From Alphaproteobacteria bacterium (GTDB lineage Bacteria; Pseudomonadota; Alphaproteobacteria; RF32; CAG-239), in the NCBI GenBank assembly GCA_017961285.1, contig JAGCXO010000037.1, positions 16,097-80,096 of the forward strand: DNA of 64,000 nt, given 5' to 3'. The notes beneath the pieces were generated by a model that saw nothing but the letters and a program-made list of their open reading frames with translations, ran no database searches and was not told the DNA's origin. Shown here in pieces: positions 56,183-64,000 of this stretch; positions within the stretch are counted from its first letter, which is position 1; every line of letters begins with the position of its first letter. Made by a program: the position numbers and the translations under genes.

Positions 56183-57452
56183 CTTTTTTCTCCATAGTCA
56201 TAACTTTAACATTACCATCAGCAAAATCAATCTGTAACAATTTATTTTTAACTGCATCACCTTTACCATAAACAGTTTTGCCCGCCTGCGTTTTCACCCA
56301 CGCAAAACCACGCTTCAAAACCGACTCAATTGAAACCGATTCTAATCTTGCTGCAAGCCCTGATAAATTTTCTTTTTTTCTCTCAACGATATTTGCAATA
56401 TAAATAGGCTTAATATCACTTAGCGCTAATCTGTTTTCTTTCAATTCCAAACAATTCTTAAAAGCAATCTTCAGTCTTTCCACCCTTTCATCAAGTTTTT
56501 GCACATTATCGCTTAAGATTTGCTCTAAATTTGGGATTCCTCTAGCCAAACCATCCAAATAATTTTTCTTTTCCTCGCAAAGTCTGTGAACGGCATTTAT
56601 CATTCTGCTTGTTTGTGTCATCAATTTGGCAACAATCTCACTCTTTACCGGCACGGTAAACTCCGCCGCTCCCGTAGGTGTCGGTGCCCGTAAATCCGCA
56701 GCATAATCAATCAACATCGTATCTGTTTCATGCCCAACAGCAGAAATTATCGGAATTTCCGAATTATAAACCGCTCTGACCACATTTTCTTCATTAAAAC
56801 ACCACAAATCTTCAAGACTTCCGCCGCCTCTTGCCACAATCAGCACATCAGGTCGAGGAATATCCCCATTTTCCGGCAAGGCATTAAAACCTTCTATTGC
56901 CGCACTTATCTGCGCCGCCGCACCTTCTCCCTGCACCAACGTCGGCCAAACAATAATCCGGCTCGGAAATCTGTCTCTCACTCTGTGGATAATATCTCTG
57001 ATTACCGCTCCTGTAGGGCTTGTCACCACGCCAATAACCTGCGGCAAAAAAGGAATCTGTTTTTTATGCGAGGCATCAAACAGCCCCTCTTCTGCAAACT
57101 TTTTCTTTCTCTCTTCCAAAAGTTTCAACAAAGCACCGCTACCGGCAACTTCCATCTTTTCAATCACCAACTGATATGAGCTTTTCCCCGAAAAGGTAGT
57201 AATTCTTCCGGTAACCACAACTTCCAGACCGTCTTCAGGTTTAATCGGCAAAGATAAGGCCACACCTTTCCAACAAACAGCGGAAAGCACTGCATTTTCA
57301 TCCTTCAAAGACATGTAATAGTGGCCGGAATCTGCCCTTTTGCAACCGGATATCTCGCCTCTAACCCTCACCGACTGAAAAGTAGTTTCCATCAGCTTTT
57401 TAATAACTGCCGAAATCTCAGTAACACTAAACTCTGGAATTTGCTCTATCAT
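56148..57452 (-). CDS. xseA: Exodeoxyribonuclease VII large subunit
   Basis: OB-fold N-terminus (V.V.GEIS......SGH.Y..LKD), GVVTSPTGA, ARGGGSLEDLW and ISAVGHE.D motifs. Confidence 0.93.
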   Translation of the reverse strand: MIEQIPEFSVTEISAVIKKLMETTFQSVRVRGEISGCKRADSGHYYMSLKDENAVLSAVCWKGVALSLPIKPEDGLEVVVTGRITTFSGKSSYQLVIEKMEVAGSGALLKLLEERKKKFAEEGLFDASHKKQIPFLPQVIGVVTSPTGAVIRDIIHRVRDRFPSRIIVWPTLVQGEGAAAQISAAIEGFNALPENGDIPRPDVLIVARGGGSLEDLWCFNEENVVRAVYNSEIPIISAVGHETDTMLIDYAADLRAPTPTGAAEFTVPVKSEIVAKLMTQTSRMINAVHRLCEEKKNYLDGLARGIPNLEQILSDNVQKLDERVERLKIAFKNCLELKENRLALSDIKPIYIANIVERKKENLSGLAARLESVSIESVLKRGFAWVKTQAGKTVYGKGDAVKNKLLQIDFADGNVKVMTMEKKDELQGDLFDNL

Positions 57453-57609
57453 TTTTTATCCTTTACTGAATGTGGATTTTACAAAAAACGACTACCGACA
57501 GCAAGAAAAAAAATTTTTTTTCACAAGACAACGCTACATATTTTTTTTGCTTGAATACAACAAAATCTATGATAAATTAAGAAAAAGTTAAAATTAAAGA
57601 AAGACTATC

Positions 57610-58179
57610 ATGACAAAAGTCGCAATATGGTGTCGTCACCAAGAAGATAACGTAATTGGTATTGGACCGAATATCCCTTGGCATATAAAGTCCGATTTTC
57701 AACGTTTCCGCCGCATTACCGAGGGACAAAATATTGTCGCCGGACAGACAACTTATGAGAGTTTTCCGGACCGAACCCTACCCAATCGCAATATATATGT
57801 TGTAACTTTGGATAAAAATTATGTTGTCAGCAACGAAAAGCACCATTTTGTAATCAATGACATCAACTTTTTTAAAGATTTTGAAGAAGATATTTATATT
57901 TCCGGCGGCGCTTCAATATACAAACTTTTTATGACCGGCGCTCCGAGTTTGATGCCCGACATTGTTGTTGATTGTGTTTATATGGGTGATTTAAATCCTA
58001 ATCTAAAAGGTGAAAAAGTTACAATAACTGATTGTATTGATGTATTAAATAAAAAATACACTCAAGTTGCTCCGGATTTTGAACTCGATAATATCGTCAC
58101 CAAAGTTTATATGCGCAAAGGTGAGTTTGTCGAGCAATCAGTTTTGAAAAGAATTATTTTAGAAATTACTAACTTTTAA
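57610..58179 (+). CDS. folA: Dihydrofolate reductase (divergent)
   Basis: IGPNIPWHIKSDFQRFRRIT.GQ..V.GQTTYESF and ISGGASIY match the DHFR pattern. The position directly upstream of thyA supports the call. Confidence 0.75.
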   Translation: MTKVAIWCRHQEDNVIGIGPNIPWHIKSDFQRFRRITEGQNIVAGQTTYESFPDRTLPNRNIYVVTLDKNYVVSNEKHHFVINDINFFKDFEEDIYISGGASIYKLFMTGAPSLMPDIVVDCVYMGDLNPNLKGEKVTITDCIDVLNKKYTQVAPDFELDNIVTKVYMRKGEFVEQSVLKRIILEITNF

Positions 58180-58199
58180 ATTAACAAAAAGGTAAAGTT

Positions 58200-58988
58200 A
58201 TGAAACAGTATTTAGATTTGTTACAAGACATTATGGAAAACGGTCAGGACGGTGAAAACCGCACCGGAGAATGCGCCCGCAAAGTTTTTGGACGCCAAAA
58301 ACGTTTTGATTTGCAAGAGGGTTTTCCTCTGGTTACTACCAAAAAGATGTTCCTGAAAGGAGTTATCTATGAGCTTCTTTGGTTTTTGCAGGGCAACACC
58401 AACATCAAATACCTCTTGGACAACAATGTCCATATTTGGGATGAGTGGGCCGATGAAAACGGTGATTTGGGGCCTGTTTATGGACACCAATGGCGCGACT
58501 GGAACTCTGACAACATCGACCAAGTTAAAGGTGTGATTGAGCGAATCAAAAAAGATCCAACCGATCGCAGACTGATTGTCAGTGCGTGGAATCCTTCGCA
58601 ACTTGACCAAATGGCCTTGGCTCCCTGTCACTGTCTTTTCCAATTTGATGTAACTCCCGACGGCAAACTCAATTGCCAACTCTATCAGCGCAGCTGCGAT
58701 ATGTTTCTCGGTGTTCCTTTCAACATCGCTTCTTATGCCTTGCTCACCATGATGATTGCGCAAGTATGCGGCCTGAAAGCCGGAGAATTTGTCCACACTT
58801 ATGGCAATGCGCATATTTATCACAATCACTTTGAGCAGGTCAAGGTGCAATTGACCAGAACACCATATCCTTTGCCACAGATGAAAATTAATCCATCTGT
58901 CAAAAATATTGATGATTTTAGGTTTGAAGATTTCGAACTTATCAATTATCAATGCCATCCGGCACTTAAAGGCGAAGTTGCTGTATAA
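58200..58988 (+). CDS. thyA: Thymidylate synthase (ThyA type)
   Basis: [19 protein letters not shown] (catalytic Cys) and [16 protein letters not shown] motifs. Confidence 0.97.
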   Translation: MKQYLDLLQDIMENGQDGENRTGECARKVFGRQKRFDLQEGFPLVTTKKMFLKGVIYELLWFLQGNTNIKYLLDNNVHIWDEWADENGDLGPVYGHQWRDWNSDNIDQVKGVIERIKKDPTDRRLIVSAWNPSQLDQMALAPCHCLFQFDVTPDGKLNCQLYQRSCDMFLGVPFNIASYALLTMMIAQVCGLKAGEFVHTYGNAHIYHNHFEQVKVQLTRTPYPLPQMKINPSVKNIDDFRFEDFELINYQCHPALKGEVAV

Positions 58989-59001
58989 GTGCATGTTTTT
59001 T

Positions 59002-59036
59002 AATCCCGCTCAGTTTTATATTGGGCGGGATTTTTG
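59002..59036 (+). terminator. Rho-independent terminator
   Basis: AATCCCGC (59002-59009) pairs with GCGGGATT (59025-59032), followed by TTTT. Confidence 0.7.
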
Positions 59037-59057
59037 CCTTTTTTAACGGAGAATAAA

Positions 59058-59456
59058 ATGAACGAAATTAAAACTTTTTTCCAAGAATATTGCCGCTGTG
59101 TTGACGGAGTGACTTCTGAACCAAGCCGCAGCGACGAGGTTTATATCCAACAAATGCAAAAATTGTCGAAATGGCTCAACGGCAGTTATTCCCGCATGGA
59201 TACCGCTATGACCGGACTTGCCGGCGAAGTCGGAGAATGTTGCGATTTATGGAAAAAGCTAAAATTTCAGGGCAAAGATTTAAGCGAAGAAAACCGCCAA
59301 AAGCTTATTGATGAGTTAGGTGACGTATGTTGGTATTTGTCCCAGGCTTCAATGGCTCTTGGAATCGGCATTGAAGAAATAATCGCAAAAAATATGCAAA
59401 AAATCTGCGACCGCTATCCCAACGGCTTTTCTCCCGCACATACCAACAACAAATAA
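59058..59456 (+). CDS. MazG-like all-alpha nucleoside-triphosphate pyrophosphohydrolase
   Basis: GLAGEVGECCDLWKK and ELGDVCWYL motifs (paired E.GE / E..D metal motifs). The ATG at 59058 follows GGAGAA. Confidence 0.75.
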   Translation: MNEIKTFFQEYCRCVDGVTSEPSRSDEVYIQQMQKLSKWLNGSYSRMDTAMTGLAGEVGECCDLWKKLKFQGKDLSEENRQKLIDELGDVCWYLSQASMALGIGIEEIIAKNMQKICDRYPNGFSPAHTNNK

Positions 59457-59459
59457 TCA

Positions 59460-59488
59460 TTGACAAAATATTCCTTTTCATAATAATT
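59460..59488 (+). promoter_or_regulatory. Sigma-70-like promoter
   Basis: TTGACA-N17-ATAATT, with an overlapping TAATAAT. Confidence 0.45.
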
Positions 59489-59520
59489 GGAAACAGAAAC
59501 CAATTAAAAATCTAATTATT

Positions 59521-60024
59521 ATGAAAAAAACACTTTTTTTAGCTGTTTTATTTGCATTGCTTTTTAGCAGTTGCGTCAAAACTGCAGTTGTAAGCACAAA
59601 CGAAAAGCTTTGCGTTGTGAAATCTGTTGAACAAACCGATAACGGTTACCGCATAAGTCTTGAAAAAGATACCTTGTTCTACAAAAATAACCCCCGACTT
59701 TCAAAAGATCTTGTCGTTATTTTTGACAGTAAAAATTTGTCATTAACAAAATTATTTTACTATGACAAAAAATCCGAGAAATTCTATCCTTTGGAAAACA
59801 ATCACAAAATCTATGAGGCGCAATCAATCGAAAGAAACGGCGACATCTACAACATTTATACGGAAAAAGGCAAAATTATCATGCACCAAAAGCCCGAATT
59901 CAAAAAAAACGGCATTTTCATAATGCCTGACAGCATACCGTATAATATATATGACCAAAAAAATTATCGTCGGCTTAATCGTATGATAAAAGCCAACAAA
60001 ATCATGGAATATTTTCCTGATTAA
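59521..60024 (+). CDS. Hypothetical lipoprotein
   Basis: Lipobox LLFSSC. Shares an N-terminal ~45-aa segment with the ORF at 60131. Confidence 0.6.
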   Translation: MKKTLFLAVLFALLFSSCVKTAVVSTNEKLCVVKSVEQTDNGYRISLEKDTLFYKNNPRLSKDLVVIFDSKNLSLTKLFYYDKKSEKFYPLENNHKIYEAQSIERNGDIYNIYTEKGKIIMHQKPEFKKNGIFIMPDSIPYNIYDQKNYRRLNRMIKANKIMEYFPD

Positions 60025-60030
60025 TCAAAA

Positions 60031-60060
60031 ACGCCGCTCTTAATAAAAGCGGTGTTTTTT
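60031..60060 (+). terminator. Rho-independent terminator
   Basis: ACGCCGCT pairs with AGCGGTGT (8 bp, one G-U pair), followed by TTTTT. Confidence 0.7.
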
Positions 60061-60061
60061 G

Positions 60062-60090
60062 TTGACAAAGTTCACTTTATAACATATCAC
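60062..60090 (+). promoter_or_regulatory. Sigma-70-like promoter
   Basis: TTGACA-N17-TATCAC, immediately after the terminator. Confidence 0.45.
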
Positions 60091-60130
60091 TCGGATAACA
60101 AACGAATTTTTCTAACCAATTATTACACTT

Positions 60131-60493
60131 ATGAAAAAAATCCTTTTTATTATTGCCTTTTTTGCCGCCATTATTCCGGCAAAGGCATCAGGTATAAAGT
60201 TTTATGAACCGTGGCGATTGGTTTTGGATAGCAATGAAAAAATATACACAGTCCAATATGTTATCCAAACTGACAGCGATTTTAGAGGAATAACCTTAGA
60301 CGACACACTCATCTTCAATTCCGAGCCGAATTTTCGCTGCAATCAGGCAATCATCGTCAACACCCAAACCGGTCATTGTGACCAGTTATATCGCAACGAA
60401 GATATAACAACTCTACTTCTCTTTCTCGGAGGGTTATTTTTATTTGTATGGATACTAACCGTCTTTTTGGTAGTATTGATATGTAAAAAATAA
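60131..60493 (+). CDS. Hypothetical exported protein with C-terminal membrane anchor
   Basis: Signal peptide MKKILFIIAFFAAIIPAKA and a C-terminal TM helix LLLFLGGLFLFVWILTVFLVVLI. Confidence 0.6.
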   Translation: MKKILFIIAFFAAIIPAKASGIKFYEPWRLVLDSNEKIYTVQYVIQTDSDFRGITLDDTLIFNSEPNFRCNQAIIVNTQTGHCDQLYRNEDITTLLLFLGGLFLFVWILTVFLVVLICKK

Positions 60494-60498
60494 CTTTG

Positions 60499-60531
60499 AC
60501 GCTGTTTCTTTATAAGAAGCAGCGTTTTTTA
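60499..60531 (+). terminator. Rho-independent terminator
   Basis: ACGCTGTTTCTT pairs with AAGAAGCAGCGT (one G-U pair), followed by TTTTTT. Confidence 0.8.
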
Positions 60532-60594
60532 TTGCCGGCTTTAATTTTTTCTTAACAATATTTATATAAAAGCAATAAATATCGGAGAAAATAT

Positions 60595-61896
60595 ATGGAC
60601 CCTAAAATTTTAGCCGCCCTAATTCTTTTTATAACCTACGCTATCTTATTTTCTGAAATGATAAATCGTGCCATAGTTGCTATGCTTGGCGCATGCATAA
60701 TGATTTTATGTGGCATCCTGACCCAAAACGCCGCTATAACGGGCATTGATTTCAACACCATATTTTTGCTTATCGGTATGATGATAATTGCCGGCATATC
60801 AGAAAAATCAGGCCTTTTTGAATATATTGCCGTATGCTGTGTAAAAAAAGTTAAAGCCAACCCTCGTTTGTTAATGATTGTTCTTGGCTGCCTGACCGCT
60901 CTGCTTTCAGCCTTATTAGACAATGTAACTACCGTTTTACTGATTGTTCCGATAACTTTTCAAATTACCAAACAACTAAAAATCACACCATATCCATATC
61001 TTTTGCTTGAAATATTTACTTCCAACATTGGCGGCACCGCAACCCTCATCGGCGATCCACCGAACATTCTTATCGGTTCGGCATTAAATTTGAGTTTTAT
61101 GGACTTTGTCAAAGAACTAACTCCAATCGTTATAGTTGTTCTTTTCACCACCATCATAATTTTCGACCTATATTGGCACAACAAACTGCACGCCTCAGAC
61201 AAAGATTGTCAATCAATAATGCGACTTGATGCTAAAAAAAGTATCAAAGACGGAAGATTAAGCATTTTATCAATCATTATATTGTTTACCGTCATTTCAG
61301 GATTTATTATTGCCGAACATTTACATCTCGAAAACGGCACGGTTGCTCTTTTCGGCGCAGCAATTTTATTGTTGATATATAGTTTTATGCACACACCGCA
61401 AGAACGCGAACACAAAATATCCGAAGCTTTTAACTTGGTAGATTGGACTACCATATTCTTTTTTGCCGGTTTATTCATCATTGTTCACGGGCTTGAAACA
61501 ACCGGCCTGTTAAAAATTGTCGGCAACAAACTCTCTGATTTTTCACAAGGCAGCATCAACAAAATGAGCATGTTGATTCTGTGGTTCTCTGCCCTTTTAT
61601 CTTCTGCCATCGACAACATTCCTTTTGTTGCCACCATGATTCCGATGTTAAAATCTGTTGAAGAAAGTTTGGGAGGAAGAGAAGCAATGATGCCTGTATG
61701 GTGGGCACTGTCGCTGGGTTCTTGTTTCGGCGGCAACGGCTCATTGATTGCAGCCTCTGCCAACGTGATTGTCGCCGGAATTGCCGCACGAGAAAATCAT
61801 CCTATCAAATTCGGACGTTTTTTGTTTTGGTCAATACCGATAACTCTCATAAGCATTGTTATATCCAGTATTTTTCTATACATCCGATATTTTTAA
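60595..61896 (+). CDS. ArsB/NhaD-superfamily permease (CitMHS-like anion transporter), copy 1
   Basis: Multi-pass membrane protein with LDNVTTVLL, FTSNIGGTATLIGDPPNILIG and AIDNIPFVATMIPM motifs. Confidence 0.8.
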   Translation: MDPKILAALILFITYAILFSEMINRAIVAMLGACIMILCGILTQNAAITGIDFNTIFLLIGMMIIAGISEKSGLFEYIAVCCVKKVKANPRLLMIVLGCLTALLSALLDNVTTVLLIVPITFQITKQLKITPYPYLLLEIFTSNIGGTATLIGDPPNILIGSALNLSFMDFVKELTPIVIVVLFTTIIIFDLYWHNKLHASDKDCQSIMRLDAKKSIKDGRLSILSIIILFTVISGFIIAEHLHLENGTVALFGAAILLLIYSFMHTPQEREHKISEAFNLVDWTTIFFFAGLFIIVHGLETTGLLKIVGNKLSDFSQGSINKMSMLILWFSALLSSAIDNIPFVATMIPMLKSVEESLGGREAMMPVWWALSLGSCFGGNGSLIAASANVIVAGIAARENHPIKFGRFLFWSIPITLISIVISSIFLYIRYF

Positions 61897-61964
61897 TATA
61901 TTTTAACCAAAATTTAGTAAGCTTCGAATAAAAATATTTGGACACTATAAAAAAAGGAACAATA

Positions 61965-63305
61965 ATGCAGTTGTTTGATTTTATACAAAACTTTTCCCAA
62001 TATGATTCGGCAAAGATAGTTGCCGTATCAGTTTTTGCCATCTGCTATCTTGTCCTTTTTTCCGAAAAAGTAAATCGCGCTGTTGTTGCTCTTTTAGGTG
62101 CCGCTGTTTTGATTTTAACCGGTATCTTAACCCAAACATCCGCACTTGATGGAATAGATTTTAATACCCTGTCTTTGTTGATTGGTATGATGATTATCAT
62201 CGGCACGTCAGAAAAATCTGGTTTATACGAATATATCTCAATTTGGGCAGTAAAAAAAGTAAAAGCCAATCCTCGAGGATTATTGATTGTTCTGGCAGTT
62301 GTTACTGCCGTATTTTCTGCCTTTTTAGACAACGTAACAACTGTTCTGCTCATTGCCCCAATCACCATCAAAATAACCAAACAATTACAGATAAATCCCT
62401 ACCCTTATCTCATTTTGGAAATTTTTACTTCCAATATCGGCGGCACTGCAACCCTTATCGGAGATCCTCCAAACATTCTGATTGGCTCAGCATTGCATTT
62501 AAGTTTTATGGACTTTGTTAAAGAACTCACTCCTATTGTTGTGTCTTGCCTGCTTATTGTCATTTTTATTTTCGATTTATCATGGAAAAAAACACTCATA
62601 GCTACTACTGAAAATCGTTTAAAAATAATGCTCTTAAACGAAAAAGAAGTTATCCGCAAACCGAATTTGTTAAAAAAATCGCTTTTTGTACTTTTCATCG
62701 TCATTTTAGGATTTATTACCGCAGAAGAAACTCATCTTGCTAACGGTGTAATTGCACTTGCCGGTGCCGGACTAATTTTATTTCTATATACATTAGGAAA
62801 AAACCAAGATGTTCGTGACCAAAGAGTAGAAAAAATTTTTGCGGATATTGATTGGACGACCATATTCTTTTTCACCGGGCTGTTCGTAATTGTATATGGC
62901 CTCGAAGAAACAGGAATATTAAAACTTCTTGGCGAAAAATTTTTGGACATCACTAACAATAATCTGGAAAAAATAACCTTAATGACAATTTGGGTTTCGG
63001 CAATACTATCAAGCATTGTCGATAACATTCCTTTTGTTGCCACCATGATTCCTATGCTGAAATCTATGGAAGAAAGTATTGGTGGCAGAGAAATAATGAT
63101 GCCGGCATGGTGGGCTCTCTCACTTGGCGCATGTTTTGGCGGCAACGGCACTATTATCGGTGCTTCTGCAAACGTTATAATCGCCGGAATTGCCGCCCGC
63201 GAAGGACATCCGATAAGATTTTTATCATTTATGAAGTGGTCAATCCCTATAATGATACTCACCATAGCCATATCAACAATTTGGCTAAAAATTCAATATT
63301 TCTAA
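61965..63305 (+). CDS. ArsB/NhaD-superfamily permease, copy 2 (tandem paralogue)
   Basis: Colinear with copy 1 and highly similar, with long identical runs such as FTSNIGGTATLIGDPPNILIGSAL and MDFVKELTPIV. The ATG at 61965 follows AAGGA. Confidence 0.8.
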   Translation: MQLFDFIQNFSQYDSAKIVAVSVFAICYLVLFSEKVNRAVVALLGAAVLILTGILTQTSALDGIDFNTLSLLIGMMIIIGTSEKSGLYEYISIWAVKKVKANPRGLLIVLAVVTAVFSAFLDNVTTVLLIAPITIKITKQLQINPYPYLILEIFTSNIGGTATLIGDPPNILIGSALHLSFMDFVKELTPIVVSCLLIVIFIFDLSWKKTLIATTENRLKIMLLNEKEVIRKPNLLKKSLFVLFIVILGFITAEETHLANGVIALAGAGLILFLYTLGKNQDVRDQRVEKIFADIDWTTIFFFTGLFVIVYGLEETGILKLLGEKFLDITNNNLEKITLMTIWVSAILSSIVDNIPFVATMIPMLKSMEESIGGREIMMPAWWALSLGACFGGNGTIIGASANVIIAGIAAREGHPIRFLSFMKWSIPIMILTIAISTIWLKIQYF

Positions 63306-63365
63306 AAAATTAACTTTTTATTTGCTATTTAAGATTATCATAGAATGAAATCTTATGAGGAAACA

Positions 63366-64000
63366 ATGTTTAAACTTGCCACAACTACAATTGCTGCTTT
63401 GATGTTGCTTTGTGCAGAATCTCTTGCATATCCAAAGCATACATCAAGTATTGCCATTGATATTGACAGCGGAGAATTTATATCAAGCGAGTCGCCTGAT
63501 ACTGTCATGTATCCGGCATCTTTAACAAAAGTTATGACACTATATCTCACCTTTGAAGCCATCGAAAAAGGCAAACTCAAGCTGAGCACCCCCTTACAAG
63601 TATCTCGCTATGCCGCCGCACGTTCACCCTCAAAACTTGGCGTTGCCCCTGGACAAACCATCACTGTTGAAAATGCTGTTAAAGCCGTAATCGTAAAATC
63701 TGCAAACGATTGTGCAACCGTTTTGGCCGAAGCTCTAGCAAAAGATGAACGAGAATTTGCCAAATTGATGACCGCAAAAGCAAAAAAACTCGGTATGAAA
63801 AAAACCGTTTTCAAAAACGCCTCTGGCCTCAACAATTCCCAACAAGTTACAACCGCAAGAGATATGGCTGTTTTAGGTAGTGCAATATATCATCATTTTC
63901 CTCAATATTACAAACTCTTTTCTATGCGCACATTTACCTATAAGGGCAAAACAATATATACCCATAACCATATATTAAAAAGCTTCAAAGGAGCCGACGG
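63366..64000 (+). CDS. D-alanyl-D-alanine carboxypeptidase (peptidase S11, PBP5/6-like), 3'-truncated by window end
   Basis: Not in the ORF track because it is open at the window edge. Hand translation gives a signal peptide, then PASLTKVMT (SxxK) and KSANDCA (SxN). GAGGAA RBS. Confidence 0.85.
   Translation, partial: MFKLATTTIAALMLLCAESLAYPKHTSSIAIDIDSGEFISSESPDTVMYPASLTKVMTLYLTFEAIEKGKLKLSTPLQVSRYAAARSPSKLGVAPGQTITVENAVKAVIVKSANDCATVLAEALAKDEREFAKLMTAKAKKLGMKKTVFKNASGLNNSQQVTTARDMAVLGSAIYHHFPQYYKLFSMRTFTYKGKTIYTHNHILKSFKGAD

Noticed and set aside
58221-58994. 257-aa minus-strand ORF.
   Set aside because: It is a shadow ORF antisense to canonical thyA.
1-64000. Scanned for CRISPR arrays, rRNA, IS elements, transposases, integrases, restriction-modification systems and toxin-antitoxin pairs.
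   Set aside because: I saw no regularly spaced direct repeats, rRNA-like segments or recognisable recombinase or nuclease motifs in any listed ORF. The only mobile-element-like signal is the duplicated tRNA-Lys 3' end, reported separately.

Overview
AT-rich, gene-dense bacterial chromosomal segment with about 60 protein genes and one tRNA. I saw no rRNA, CRISPR array, transposase or integrase. Most of the window is housekeeping backbone: yejE/yejF-type ABC importer, rfbA-C-D-B dTDP-rhamnose operon, pip, nagB, infA, map, radC, tspO, alaS, folD, miaB-phoH-ybeY-corC-lnt-HTH-metK-trmB, recJ, uppP, xseA, folA-thyA, and a D-Ala-D-Ala carboxypeptidase cut by the window end. The block miaB-phoH-ybeY-corC-lnt-XRE-metK-trmB matches the order known from Alphaproteobacteria such as Rhizobiales, so an AT-rich alphaproteobacterium is my best guess for the host. 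Genes are tightly packed with many 4-20 nt overlaps, and many units end in clean hairpin/T-run terminators followed by TTGACA-type -35 boxes. Four regions stand out. (1) 15.7-23.4 kb holds an 1814-aa MORN-like repeat protein with an embedded Cys/His papain-fold-like domain and an Arg/Lys-rich tail. It is bracketed by three copies of a ~190-aa domain I cannot place, and the downstream copy is coupled to an orphan ACP-like gene. (2) 25.0-26.1 kb holds a serum-amyloid-A-like ORF, two tiny membrane ORFs absent from the ORF track, and a tRNA-Lys(CUU) whose 3' end plus terminator is duplicated 196 bp away. (3) 35.6-42.1 kb holds two paralogous TerB-like genes, each leading an orphan protein (one with an HExxH motif), arranged convergently around folD-yggU-yggT. 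(4) There are two sets of tandem paralogues: small exported proteins at 59.5-60.5 kb and ArsB/NhaD-type permeases at 60.6-63.3 kb. All family calls come from motif recognition by eye; no database search was run.
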